From Octopus sinensis (lineage: Eukaryota): a stretch of DNA of 64,000 nucleotides. The notes beneath the pieces are model-generated. The model was not told where the DNA came from. It made no database searches and was given only the letters and a program-made list of their open reading frames with translations. Shown piece after piece: positions 50,425 to 61,560 of this stretch. The DNA is taken from assembly GCF_006345805.1 (NCBI RefSeq), contig NC_042997.1, positions 91,264,001-91,328,000 of the forward strand, in the 5' to 3' direction. Both the position numbers and the translations under genes were made by a program. Numbering within the stretch: position 1 is the first letter of the stretch; the number at the start of each line of letters is the position of its first letter.

Positions 50425-50901
50425 TTTTTTAGTTTCAGCTCAGAGCTGCGGCCATCCTGATGCACCGCCGTTTTGTGCAACACTGTTATTACTAAGAGCC
50501 TCCTCTAATATGTGGCACTTGGTGAAGAATGGAGTTTGATATAGCTACTCTCATTTGCACCTCTTGCCGTGAGGTAGGTTCATCTGGGACTCTCGATAGG
50601 AAAAGGTCCAGCTTTGATTTAAAAACCGCTACATCTACTTTGTACAAGTTCCTCAGACTCTTTGGGACAATATTAAAAAGCTGTGGACCCTTGAAACCCA
50701 GTCTGTTGCAGTAGCTGGTCCTGAAGCGTGATGGCATTGCTGGAATCTTTGGCACTATGTAATATCGTCCCGTTCTAGCATTGGTGTAGCTTTTAATGCC
50801 AAAATTTGGCACAATTCCTTCCAGGATCTTCCAGATATATATTACTGCATACCTCTCCCGTCTTCTCTCCAGGGAGTAGAGTCTTAGCTGTTTCAACCTT
50901 T

Positions 50902-50905
<4 letters not shown>
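50425..50905 (-). mobile_element. CR1/L2-group LINE 3' end
   Basis: LRLYSLERRRERY..IWKILEG..GPQLFN..FKSKLDLFLSRVPDEP; short 3'UTR and A-rich tail; truncated into (TA)n. Confidence 0.85.
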
Positions 50906-50974
<69 letters not shown>

Positions 50975-50976
<2 letters not shown>

Positions 50977-51494
50977 GTAAATCTTCGAGTATAGTTCGCC
51001 CTTGAGTATAATACGCAGGGGACTTTTAGGGGGCTGTACCTCTGAAAAACCTAAACCTTGTGTATAATATGCACTCCTTCTCTAACTTGGGTCGTGCGTA
51101 ATTAAGCCAGCAGCACCTAGTTGAACAAACACTTCTGCGCATGCGTAATACAATAATGGTGATGTTCTTAACTGTTATATAGGAATGTAAATATGTTTGC
51201 AAATTGTTTTTGTTATATGTTATTCTGTGTTCTGAATACTTTCATTTTAATAAACGTTGCTTACTGCAAGTTATGGATGATTCTTTTATGACTTCATTAC
51301 TTTCAGGCTTAGCTTAAGGTATTTTCGCGCCCAACATCACAAAATGCGTCTGAATAAACATTGCTGGACAGCAAATAGAGACTCGGACATTGTTTAGGAA
51401 GTATTTTTCATTTTTAACCTCGTATATAGTATGCACTAGGGATTTTGACCTTTAAATTTTTGGGGAAAAATGCGGATTATACTCGAGGATTTAC

Positions 51495-51496
<2 letters not shown>
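50975..51496. mobile_element. MITE of Tc1/mariner (pogo-like) type
   Basis: TIRs ccgtaaatcttcgagtata / tatactcgaggatttacgg flanked by TA within (TA)n. Confidence 0.88.
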
Positions 51497-51555
<59 letters not shown>

Positions 51556-51961
51556 ATAATAATAATAATATTAGGGAGTATGGCTCCAAACTTACAGGGA
51601 AAAATTAGATTTAGGATTAAATCAAATTTCACGGTATAAATATATAAAATATGAATTAGAGATAAAACGACTATTAGGCAACTCAAACAGTGATAGACAT
51701 AAACCAATACATAAATAACAAATAATATAAATATAATACCCTGAAACGCGTCTGTAGCTGTCTGACTAGCAGTGTGAAGCGGCTGACCTCCCTTGTTCGA
51801 AGGTTATAATGGACACAGTTTGTGTGTCAAATAGCTATCTTAAGGCGATGGCCTCATAGAGCTAATCAGCGACAGCTTTTAGTCTTATATCTATAAGACT
51901 GCCATATTAACATGGCGATAACAATTAATATAAATATAATATATATAAAATATATAATTTT

Positions 51962-52044
51962 AATTTTTTTAACCAAAAAGTATAAAAAGAATGATAAATA
52001 TATTATATTTATCATTCTTTTTATACTTTTTGGTTAAAAAAATT
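51962..52044. repeat. Perfect AT-rich palindrome (41-bp arms, 1-nt centre at 52003)
   Basis: Checked base by base: 51962-52002 pairs with 52004-52044. Confidence 0.95.
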
Positions 52045-52064
52045 TATTTTATATTTTATATATA

Positions 52065-52467
52065 TCTTTATATATAAAAGTGAGGTTGTGTGCTGTCTGT
52101 CTCCTACGATTTAGATTCCTAACTACTCCCACATTTTGCGGTGCAGTTTAACCAAAACCGGGCATCTTATAGTCGTGATTCATATCGAGCCCTTCTGGGT
52201 ATTAGCGCGCGTCTACGATGAGTCTACGATTAAAAACAAATTTACCATCAATTTTTCCCATTTTTAATGCATTTTTGGCATATATAAGGGAAGTAACTCT
52301 CTAAAAATGTATTATTAAATCTCAGAACATAAAAAGCAACAGTAACACCCCCACTTTGTGGTTAGCCATATTGAGATGGCTATTATACTTTACTACTTTA
52401 CATCTCTAAAAATGCTTATATAGTTATTTCCCTTACAAACCCGAGCGACGCCGGGCGATACTGCTAG
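52065..52467 (+). mobile_element. Complete non-autonomous Helitron (403 bp)
   Basis: A|TCTTTATATATAAAAG start; hairpin cccgagcgacgccggg then cgatactgCTAG|T end; no TSD. Confidence 0.88.
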
Positions 52468-52567
52468 TATATTATATATTATATTAATTATATTTATATT
52501 ATTTGTTATTTATGTATTGGTTTATGTCTATCACGGTTTTATCTCTAATTCATATTATATATATATA

Positions 52568-52664
<97 letters not shown>

Positions 52665-52700
52665 AGAAGTAGTAGGGGTGATGTACAAATTTAATATATA

Positions 52701-52974
52701 TGAAAGAAAAAAGATGTTTAGAATGCTGGATAGTTGTAAAAATATATATTTATTTACATATCATATTATTACTTTATATTAGCGCTTTCAACTACTCCTG
52801 TAGTTTCATCACTCTCAACCCACTTCATTTACCAATAATATAAATACAGGCACAAATTTTAAAACTGACATTTCTGATAAAACTACTGGAGAAGTTGAAA
52901 GCGCTAATATGAAGTAATAATATATGATATATAAATATATATTTTTACAACCATCCAGTATTCTGAACATCTTT
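52701..52974. repeat. Inverted repeat (52701-52811 / 52875-52974) carrying two hammerhead-like motifs
   Basis: Arms are about 110 and 100 bp; the right arm resumes after the MITE at 53863-53879 (acatcttttttctttca). Confidence 0.85.
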
Positions 52975-53862
52975 GGATCTTTTCCTTTTGAACGGCACTT
53001 TGTAACATAATTTCTAGGTAACTAAAAAGTTTTAAACTTCGTATACTGGTAGAATGTGTTTATAAAACATCATTGTTTCTTGGCTTTATTGAGAAAATTC
53101 TATACTTTGTAAGATATTTCCATTTTAAAATCGAGCATTTCGGCAATTTTAACCAATCGCTGGAGTCCATTTGGGGTGAAAACATTCCGTGCTGTATGAA
53201 TATGTAACCTCGTTTAAGAAACAGATTGGGTTTATTTACATTTTATGAAGAAAAAAAGATACCCTTCCCCACCCCTAACCCTAAAACAGATTGAAATGCA
53301 ATAGATCGATACTAGGGTTATAATTATGGGTGACATTTTCATTTGACACCGCTAGAAAAAAATTCCATTTTCCGTAGCGGTGTCGTATGAAATTGTCAAC
53401 CATAATTATAACCCTAGTATCGATCTATTGCATTTCAATCTGTTTTAGGGTTAGGATTAGTTAGAGTTAGGGGTGAAGGGTATCTTTTTTCTTCGCAAAT
53501 GTAAATAAACCCAATCTGTTTCTTAAACGAGGGACATATTCATACAGCACGGAATGTTTTCACCCCAAATGGACTCCAGCGATTGGTTAAAATTGCCGAA
53601 ATGCTCGGAATTAAAGTGGAAATATCTTACAAAGTATAGAATTTTCTCAATAAAGCCAAGAAAAAATGATGTTTTATAAACACATTCTACCAGTATACGA
53701 AGTTTAAAAGTGTTTAGTTAACTAGAAATTGTGTTGACACATGCCGTTCAAAAGAAAAAGATCCAAAAAATGTTTTTTATTTTGACACATTCTACCAGTA
53801 CACGAAGTTTTAAAGTGTTTAGTTAACTAGAAATTGTGTGCCGTCCAAAAGGAAAAAGATCC
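52975..53862. mobile_element. Fold-back MITE (about 380-bp arms) with duplicated right terminus and 8-bp TSD
   Basis: GGATC..(52975-53354) / 21-nt loop / (53376-53764)..GATCC; an extra copy of the terminal about 80 bp ends at 53862; ACATCTTT at 52967-52974 and 53863-53870. Confidence 0.85.
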
Positions 53863-53907
53863 ACATCTTTTTTCTTTCACACACACACACACATATATAT
53901 ATATATA

Positions 53908-53937
53908 CTAGCATTAAAGACCCGTCGTTGCCGGGTC
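53908..53937 (-). mobile_element. Helitron 3' terminus
   Basis: Minus strand gacccggcaacgacgggtc hairpin then tttaatgCTAG|T. Confidence 0.65.
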
Positions 53938-54404
53938 ATAGTGCTAGTGCATGTATATATGTGTATATATATGTGTACATATTACATGTACATCTATATA
54001 TATACATCTACACATAAAATACAAAATACAAAGTTATATCTTGATATCGCTAGTGATAACAATACTCAAAATATATAACAGACTAGAATTGTTAGCCCGT
54101 CTCTTGTAATTTCGACCAATTGTATCTTGTCCTCCCTCTTGTATAGAAGTGTGGCTACAATCCAGCCTACCTATACTTCGGGATGGGGGGGGGGGGCATT
54201 AAAATTTTTTTTCCGGAACGTCCTACGTCCCAGATATAAATGTAAAAATAAAATATTTCCACTTTGCAAGTTCGAGTCGAGTACTCCCTTGCACGCTCCG
54301 TTGACTCGAACCTTGCTTCTATTGTGGCGAATTTACCGCCCCTGATTAAATACCTTTCATAGTCGCACCAAGACACTTTTCGAAGGTGCTTTCCTCCATG
54401 TTGT

Positions 54405-56600
54405 TTTATTATTACCCACAAGGGGCGAACATAGATGGGACAATACAATCTGATGTGGGGTCAGACACACGAATGGGTTTTTACAATAAAACGAATTTAA
54501 AAATTTACATGAAATTACAAAATAGACACAAAATCGAATGATGGAACAGACCGGAAGACATTACGGGTGGAGTGGGTGCGGGTTTAGCTCGGACCCCACG
54601 AGCCCCGCCTCCCCACTGATACTTTTGGTTACGCTTGGTTTTACATTTATGTTGTATCTTTCACTCGCAACTTTCGTGCTACATCTTTCCATCGTTCTTC
54701 ATACACTCTCCTAGTCAGGCATATTCTCTCCAGTCCTATCTTCCTTTTCAGGTGAAAGATGAAATAATTCATCAAACCAGGGCCGGAGATGAACTTGCCT
54801 GACTGTAGACCTTTCATTCTCGTCTTCCATATCACCTCTTTCGCAATTGCTACTACAACGAGAAAACGAAACTTACCTTCATTCACGAGGAAATCCGGTG
54901 GGTCAATTTTTGTAATCGACTCAGTCGACAACTGTACTCTTCGTGTACCTGACAACAGCTGTTCGGCATAAACCCACACCTCAGACACGTCCGGACAATG
55001 AACAATAGCGTGCGGGACGGTTTCCCTATCCCGCCCGCATCTTGGACATATCGGACTGTCTTGGCCACCGTGCCTTGCGAGTTTATCCCGAACAGGTAGA
55101 GCTCCTCTGTAGCATTGCCATGCCAGAGACTTCTGGAAGTTGTCCAGTGTCTTCGGCTTGAATGTACGTCGGAACAGACTGGCCAGCTGATTATCGTCGA
55201 GACCCAGGGCTTCTCCCAAGGTATCTTCACATTCCGCCTCTACCAACCCTCTATAGAAGAATGTGGTGGAACCCCCACCGCAGGCGTTACCCGAGCGACG
55301 GAATAGCAGGAGAGCCTTGCGACACTCCGTGTACCAAGTACCAAGTACCAAGTTTCGATCTACGATTCAGCCAGGTTTCCCATCCACCGAAACTAGTGAA
55401 CTTGGGAAACATCAGTTTTGCTAGCGGAGACCACACCCGTTCACCATCCAGATAGAGCCACAGATGTCTTAACCTCAGCGCATGTCTGCGCATCATCAGC
55501 CAAGGCATCCCTAGCCCACCCTTTAACGGTTGTTGACAGCAAGTAGAGCGTTTCACAAGTGGTTTCCCGCCCTTCCACAAGAAGTAGAAGAGCTGTCTTT
55601 CCAACTTGATCAACCACGAGTCAGGGCAAGGAACGACGGAAAGGCGGTAGGTGATAACCAATGCGATAAACACATTGGCCACCTCCGCCCTCCCTTTCAG
55701 GGATAGCCACCGCCAAGACCAGGTCTTGGCTACTGCAGCCACCTTGCTCGTTACCTCGCCCCAATTCTTCTCTATTTGGAGGTCTGGACCGAACCAGACC
55801 CCTAGCAATTTAATCGGACCCTCCGTCCAACGTCTCACGACGCTGTCAGGAGGCATCGACTTGCCTCTCCAGGTGCCGAGTTGCAAGCCGACTGACTTTT
55901 CGCGATTAACTTTTGCTCCTGTCACCGTCTCGTAAACCTCTATGGCCTTGCCTACTTTACATAGGTGGTCCATTTCGGTTACGATGATGGTGATGTCATC
56001 CGCGTACGCTGACACTGATTTTCCATTACCTGGCTGTCTCGGGATGCCGCTCAGTTTTCGCAGTAATGGCTCAAGAGCCATCACGTACAAAAGCGGGGAG
56101 AGCGGACACCCTTGACGAACCGAGCGTTTGATTTTGAACGGCTTCGACAAGAAGCCGTTCACCCGAACTACCGAGTCGATGTTATCATAAATTTGGATAA
56201 TCCACCTGAGGAAGCCAAGGCTCAGCCCGAACTGTGCCAGGGCAGATACCAGGTAACGATGGTCGACCCTATCAAATGCTTTAGATTGGTCTAAATGGAC
56301 CAGTGCCCCACCCTTGCCAGAATCACTATTAAACCCCTCTATAGTGTACCGCATTAGATGGAGATTATCCTGAATGGATCTGCCCGGAACGGCACATGTC
56401 TGTGCCTCTCCGATCAGACCATCCGCGACACGCGCTAATCTTTTCGATAACACTTTGGCCAAAATCTTCAACTCTGTGTTTAGCAGAGTGATGGGCCTGA
56501 AATTATCAATGCACTCCCCCTTGCTCGGGTCCTTTCTGACGAGTGTCACTACTCCCCGGCGCACAGATCTGGGTATAAGCCCGTTCTGCTGCCAGTTTTA
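54405..56600 (-). mobile_element. Tx1/L1-clade LINE, 5'-truncated
   Basis: NFRPITLLNTELKILAKVLSKRL, QTCAVPGRSIQDN, LDQSKAFDRV, VRQGCPLSPLLY, AYADD, GGLGMP, then a zf-RVT-type C-terminus (LPVRDKL..CPRC..ETVPHAIVHC); single frameshift at about 55340. Confidence 0.92.
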
Positions 56601-56604
56601 ACAC

Positions 56605-56910
56605 GTAATACTGAAATAGTGGAGAAGATATGATGTTGCTATGGGCTCGCTCTAGGCAAGAAGTTGAACATTTTTTGCCCATGAAACTACATGGACCCTA
56701 AGTAAGGCATGTGTAAAATTTGAATGGAATTGGTTGAGTAGTTCTCAAGTTTTAGGGAATCGTAGTGGAGAAGATATGATATTGCTGTGGACCTAGGCAA
56801 AAAGTTAAACATTTTTTTTGCCGATGACACTCCCCGGACCCTAAGTAAGGCATGTGTAGTTCTTAAGTTTTAGGGGAACACACAGACAGACAGACAGACA
56901 GACACACATT

Positions 56911-56925
<15 letters not shown>
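56605..56925 (-). mobile_element. Helitron-like non-autonomous fragment with two about 100-bp internal repeats
   Basis: agtggagaagatatgat..ggaccctaagtaaggcatgtgta occurs twice; (GACA)n and tatataaactgagaatg at the putative 5' end. Confidence 0.45.
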
Positions 56926-56965
<40 letters not shown>

Positions 56966-56986
56966 CACATACATACATACATACGT

Positions 56987-57240
56987 GGAGGTGCGTGGCT
57001 TAGTGGTTAGGGTGAAAGCATCATGATCGTAAGATCGTGGTTTCGATTCCTGGACCGGGCGACGCGTTGTGTTCTTGAGCAAAACACTTCATTTTACGTT
57101 GCTCCAGTCCATTCAGCTGGCAAAAATGAGTAACGCTGCGATGGACTGGCGTCCCGTCCAACTGGGGAACACATACGCCATTGAAACCGGGATACTGGGT
57201 CCATGAGCCTGGCTAACCTTTAAAAGGGCGCATTTATTAT
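56987..57240 (+). mobile_element. Full-length tRNA-derived SINE
   Basis: A-box tggcttagtgg, B-box ggtttcgattcc, gtgttcttgagcaaaacac, gatggactggcgtcccgtcca. Confidence 0.82.
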
Positions 57241-57584
57241 TTACACACACACACATATATATATATATCAAATGTGTATAGTCTAATATTTGATTAGACT
57301 ATACACATATAAAATGTATGTTCGATATTTCTAAATTTATAAAACTAACGAATGTGTATAGTCTTAATATTTGATATAATTTGCTGGTATTAACTTAGTA
57401 GTCTCGTCGACGCCGGCGACTGCTTACATGAGGAACAACCGGTGAAATTTTGAAGTCTCAGCCCACTACATAAGCAGCCTTAAGTTAGAATAAAAACACA
57501 GTTGCGAAAACTAAAGTGGAATATAAAAAAGAATATTACAAAAATATTAGATTTTGAATGTGTAAACGCCTGTATGTGCGAGTA

Positions 57585-57790
57585 TTCTTTTTTCTACTCT
57601 AGGTACAAGGCCCGAAATTTTGGGGGGAGGGTCCAGTCGATTATATCGATTCCAGTACGCAACTGGTATTTAATTTATCGACCCCGAAAGGATGAAAAGG
57701 CAAAGTCGACCTCGGTGGAATTTGAACTCAGAACGTAAAGACAGACGAAATAACCGCTAAGCATTTCGCCCGGCGTGCTACCGTTTCTGT
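57585..57790 (-). mobile_element. SINE with Nin-like domain, alternative tail
   Basis: Head and body as 6010-6240 (ctgagttcaaattcc..gcc(t)tttcatcctttcggggtcgataaa), but tail is ..ggccttgtacctagagtagaaaaag. Confidence 0.75.
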
Positions 57791-58850
57791 GTATGTGCGA
57801 GTATTGTCATGTGTAAAACGAATTATCAGGGTTATCAACAGTGATATTTGTATTTTCAAAACCGTTACCAATATAGAAGCAAAGGGTAATATATTAATAA
57901 AGTACAGTGAGAGGAAATAAATAGTCTGAGAAAATACCATGGAAAGCAAGTATTTAAACCCACTTGCAATGTACTTTTCCAGCCAAAGCAAGGTGGTTAA
58001 AGAAGAATCTGTCAAAAGTCACATTAACTTAATAGTTCCTTTGAGTTTTACTGAAACAGATGTTTTTTTTTTCTTTTAGATCACAATTAATAAATATTTC
58101 CTATCTCATTTGATAACTTGGTAATGTAAATAAAATTTTAAATTTGAAAGTGACTGAAGAGAAAAGTTGACAAATTTCTACATTTACAACAGAGAAGAGG
58201 GAACGATGGAAGAGAAAATATTCTGAGTGGAGGCTGCACAATAAGATAATTGTTTTTAACGATACGATTATTTGCAAATAGTAAGTTAAATTTTTCAATC
58301 ATATTTTGTTTTCTTTATATTTTTCAAACTTTCACTGGTAACCGGCAGTTTCTCCCATTTAATTATTTCGAAATATGTAAAAATAAAAAAGCAATAAGAG
58401 AAGATATTACAATTCATTTTTTTAAACCAAAAGTACAAAAGAAAAACCGTCAAGCTAACGAAACTATAGGTGATAAAGTTGTTACTAGAATGTCTAGTGC
58501 GCTATTGAAAAAAAAATTGCTATAAAAGGAAGTCGGCTAATGTCGCATGTTTGGTATGCCCATATATAGTAGTTGCTGGCAGACTCGTGACTCACAACTA
58601 CTGGTTAGATCTTTGGAAACTGACAGGTTGCCCTTATAACTAGGTCGAAATCTTGTTAGCAAGTGTTATTTTGTCGCAACATTTTGGTATTCTTAAAAAG
58701 GCAGTTTACCTCGCTCCTGCTCATCTTATTAAAGCAGAAGTAACTTTTAAAAAAATATTCACCGTGATTCACTGTGAATTCTGAAACGAATTAATAGGGA
58801 AGGTCTTTGTTCTCACCTCTTGCTGCTAAATATATCCTGTCTAGTTGTGG

Positions 58851-58858
58851 TATATAAA
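58851..58858 (+). promoter_or_regulatory. TATA box of the cofilin-like gene
   Basis: TATATAAA about 75 bp upstream of the ATG, followed by a pyrimidine-rich putative 5'UTR. Confidence 0.6.
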
Positions 58859-58927
58859 GACCAGCCTTTACCGACTGCCTTATCATTTTTCTGTCTCCTT
58901 CGCTATTTCCTTCTTCAATAACTAAAC

Positions 58928-59220
58928 ATGTCGTCGGGAATTATAGTGAGCCAGCAAGTAATTGATCTGTTTCATGATATTAAATCGAAAAAAAAAATCC
59001 GGTATTGCATACTGGATTTAAATGATACCGAAACGGCACTTGTACCAGGTGAATGTGTTTTAAAACCGGAGCCTGCAGACGTGAGTTTATGTGCTGTGAA
59101 GAAAGAATGGGAAAGCTTTTGCTCAAAACTCACACTCAACGACTGCCTCTATATTATATACGACATGAATTACCAAAGACCTGGTGGAGCGCGGAGAGAT
59201 AAACTTCTTTTAATTAGTTG
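58928..59220 (+). CDS. ADF/cofilin-family actin-depolymerising factor, first coding exon (partial)
   Basis: MSSGIIVSQQVIDLFHDIKSKKKIRYCIL..CLYIIYDMNY..RDKLLLISW matches the ADF-H N-terminal half (Ser3-Gly4, basic patch, Y-x-x-YD, K-L-x-x-I-x-W); donor TG|GTAAGT at 59220/59221 (phase 2). Family recognised, orthologue not. Confidence 0.85.
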
Positions 59221-59323
59221 GTAAGTATTGAAATAATTTTTTTTTTTTTCATAATTTCGTTCAAATTCTTTTTACTTTAAGGGGTTATTAAAGCGGCATA
59301 ATAACTACAGATGTATCCCTGGG

Positions 59324-60544
59324 TCAATATAAAGATCTTTACTCGTGAACAAAAAATAAAAAATAAACAGCCTGCATGTAGAAAACGAGGTTAAACAATT
59401 TGCGCTAAAGACCCTGGGGACTTTAGGAAAATTCATAAGATCCGATTTTTCCGTCATAACTTTCGGTAAAATGGATATATATTGATTTTTTTTAATGCTT
59501 TTATTTATGGAAGAACCGATTCTGAAAAAAAAAAGATTTCAAAAATCGCATTTTAAAAATTTCACTTGCGCTCCCACGTCCTTCATTTTTCACTTTTTCC
59601 GGATTTTTCTTTTTTGCGAAATATATGGAAATGTAGAAAAATAGATTAGGATTCTGAAAAAAATTTGTAAAATTTTAATTTTTCAACAAATATATATACC
59701 CCAGGCCTTCAAGCAGGCTAACCACGTGCTAGAAATAACAGCCAAATCTCACAAAACTGTGATAACAATGAAAGAAACATGTAATCAATCTAACCACCTT
59801 TCAGCAAAGATTTCTTTCAGAGTAATTTCCCGCTGACAAAGTAATTCACGTGAAATTAAAGTGTTTTATTTTTTAAAACTTTTTTTAGAACTTCTTTTCG
59901 AATTTTTTTTTTTCAATCAATCTACGTGGGAAAATACGGAGATTAAGAATATGGAAAATGAACTGTTGTTTTGTCTAGTTAACATGAATTATTGTCATAT
60001 TACTGTGAGAAATTACTCTGAAAGAAATCTTTGCAGAAAGTTAAGTAGATTGATTACATATTTCTTTCACTGTTATCGCAATTGAAATTTTGAAAATGCG
60101 ATTTTTGAAATATTTTTTTTTCAGAATCGGATCCTCCATAAAAAAAAAGACATTCTTTCGATATAACTCGACAAAATCAAAACATTTCACCAGGTATTTC
60201 CGTGGGTTGTGGAGTATAGATATAACGAAATTATGCCAGCAATGTCTCATTTTAAATTGTTTCATGTGTGTATGAAAAATCCGCAGATTTCCCAGCAGAA
60301 AACAGAATCGAACTGTCATTTGCTTCCACGGAAATACCCGAAGTGAAATGTTTTGATTTTGTCGAGTTATATCGAAAGAATGCAAAAAAAAAAAAAAAGA
60401 AAGAAATCATTATATATCCATTTTTCCGAAAGTTATGACGGAAAAATCGGATCTTGTGAATTTTTTTCATATTCGTTTTCTACATGTTAAAACCCAGTAG
60501 TTTGGTTTCTTTTTTTTTTTGTTCACGGGTGATCTTTATATTGA
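59324..60544. repeat. Nested fold-back repeat in the putative cofilin intron
   Basis: 59324-59337 / 60531-60544, 59428-59480 / 60412-60465 and 59502-59570 / 60077-60142 are inverted pairs; inner palindrome 60151-60206 / 60326-60385. Confidence 0.85.
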
Positions 60545-61560
60545 GCCAACTTTGTTGCCTTATAACTTTCAGGAAGTTATGAGGCAACAAAGTCGGGTCA
60601 AACTAAAGCGTTTGACCCGGTCATAAAAACAAACAAAAGAATAGTGTAATTGGTGTAAAACAACTTGCTCTAAACGAACATGACCAAAAAATGCGCGCTC
60701 GCAAAAGGGGTGGGGGAGAGGACTCGGAAAATTCACATCGTGAATGATCCGGGCACAAAAGCAAAAAAAAAAATGTAGTAGGTGTAAAACAACGTTCTAA
60801 ACGATTATCAACAACATACACACAAAGAAATGGTTGGTTCAAGGCAAGTGTGCATTGAACTGAATTTAAATAAGCAAGAAAGATATTATCAAAGAAAAGG
60901 CCATAGCACCATCTTTAGTATCTGTTGTTGTTATTATGGAGTTGAATATGTGTGTGTGTGTGGTGAAGTTATTAATATCAATACATTAACCAACACCATT
61001 GAAGTGAAATAATAGTTTCCTATACTTTTGGTTTGGCACTGCTGAATTGAGTCAACGACTATATAATACAAGTCAGGAGAAAAAAAAAACGAAAAATGCG
61101 ATATCCATAACAGTAAAGAAATAAGACCTCCCCCAAACAGTAACCCTTGTGTTTAAAATCTCCCTAACAAAAAAGAGAGGTTGTTTGACTTTAGTTTGAG
61201 CGAAAGTCGGTGTGGGTGGGTACACATCTAGTTATGCCATTAAAGCGATGTACTTTTAAACTTACGGATGGTTAACAAAAATCTGTTTAACAGCTGATGT
61301 TATCAGCTAGTGCTCGGCTAATTGCGACGGTCTTTTAATTTTTAATCAGCATTTCATATATTGTATTTAAATGTACATATGTAATAAACAGTATTTTTAT
61401 GTATAATTTAAAATGCTAGGCTATTTTCCAAAGCTTAAGGTGGAGGATGCATTTAAGTGCCTCAGTCGATTATATTTGCTTTTGCCCAGTTTAGTCATTA
61501 TAAATATAGACAAATTTGGATATTATAGGAATGTTTTATAATTGATTCGTTGAATTATCC

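Noticed and set aside
53270-53480. TTAGGG-like hexamers here and at 49515-49545, 62163-62190
   Set aside because: Only 2-4 degenerate units inside MITE arms; not an interstitial telomere array.
58560-58569. CArG-like box CCATATATAG upstream of the cofilin gene
   Set aside because: One mismatch to CC(A/T)6GG in AT-rich DNA; expected by chance.
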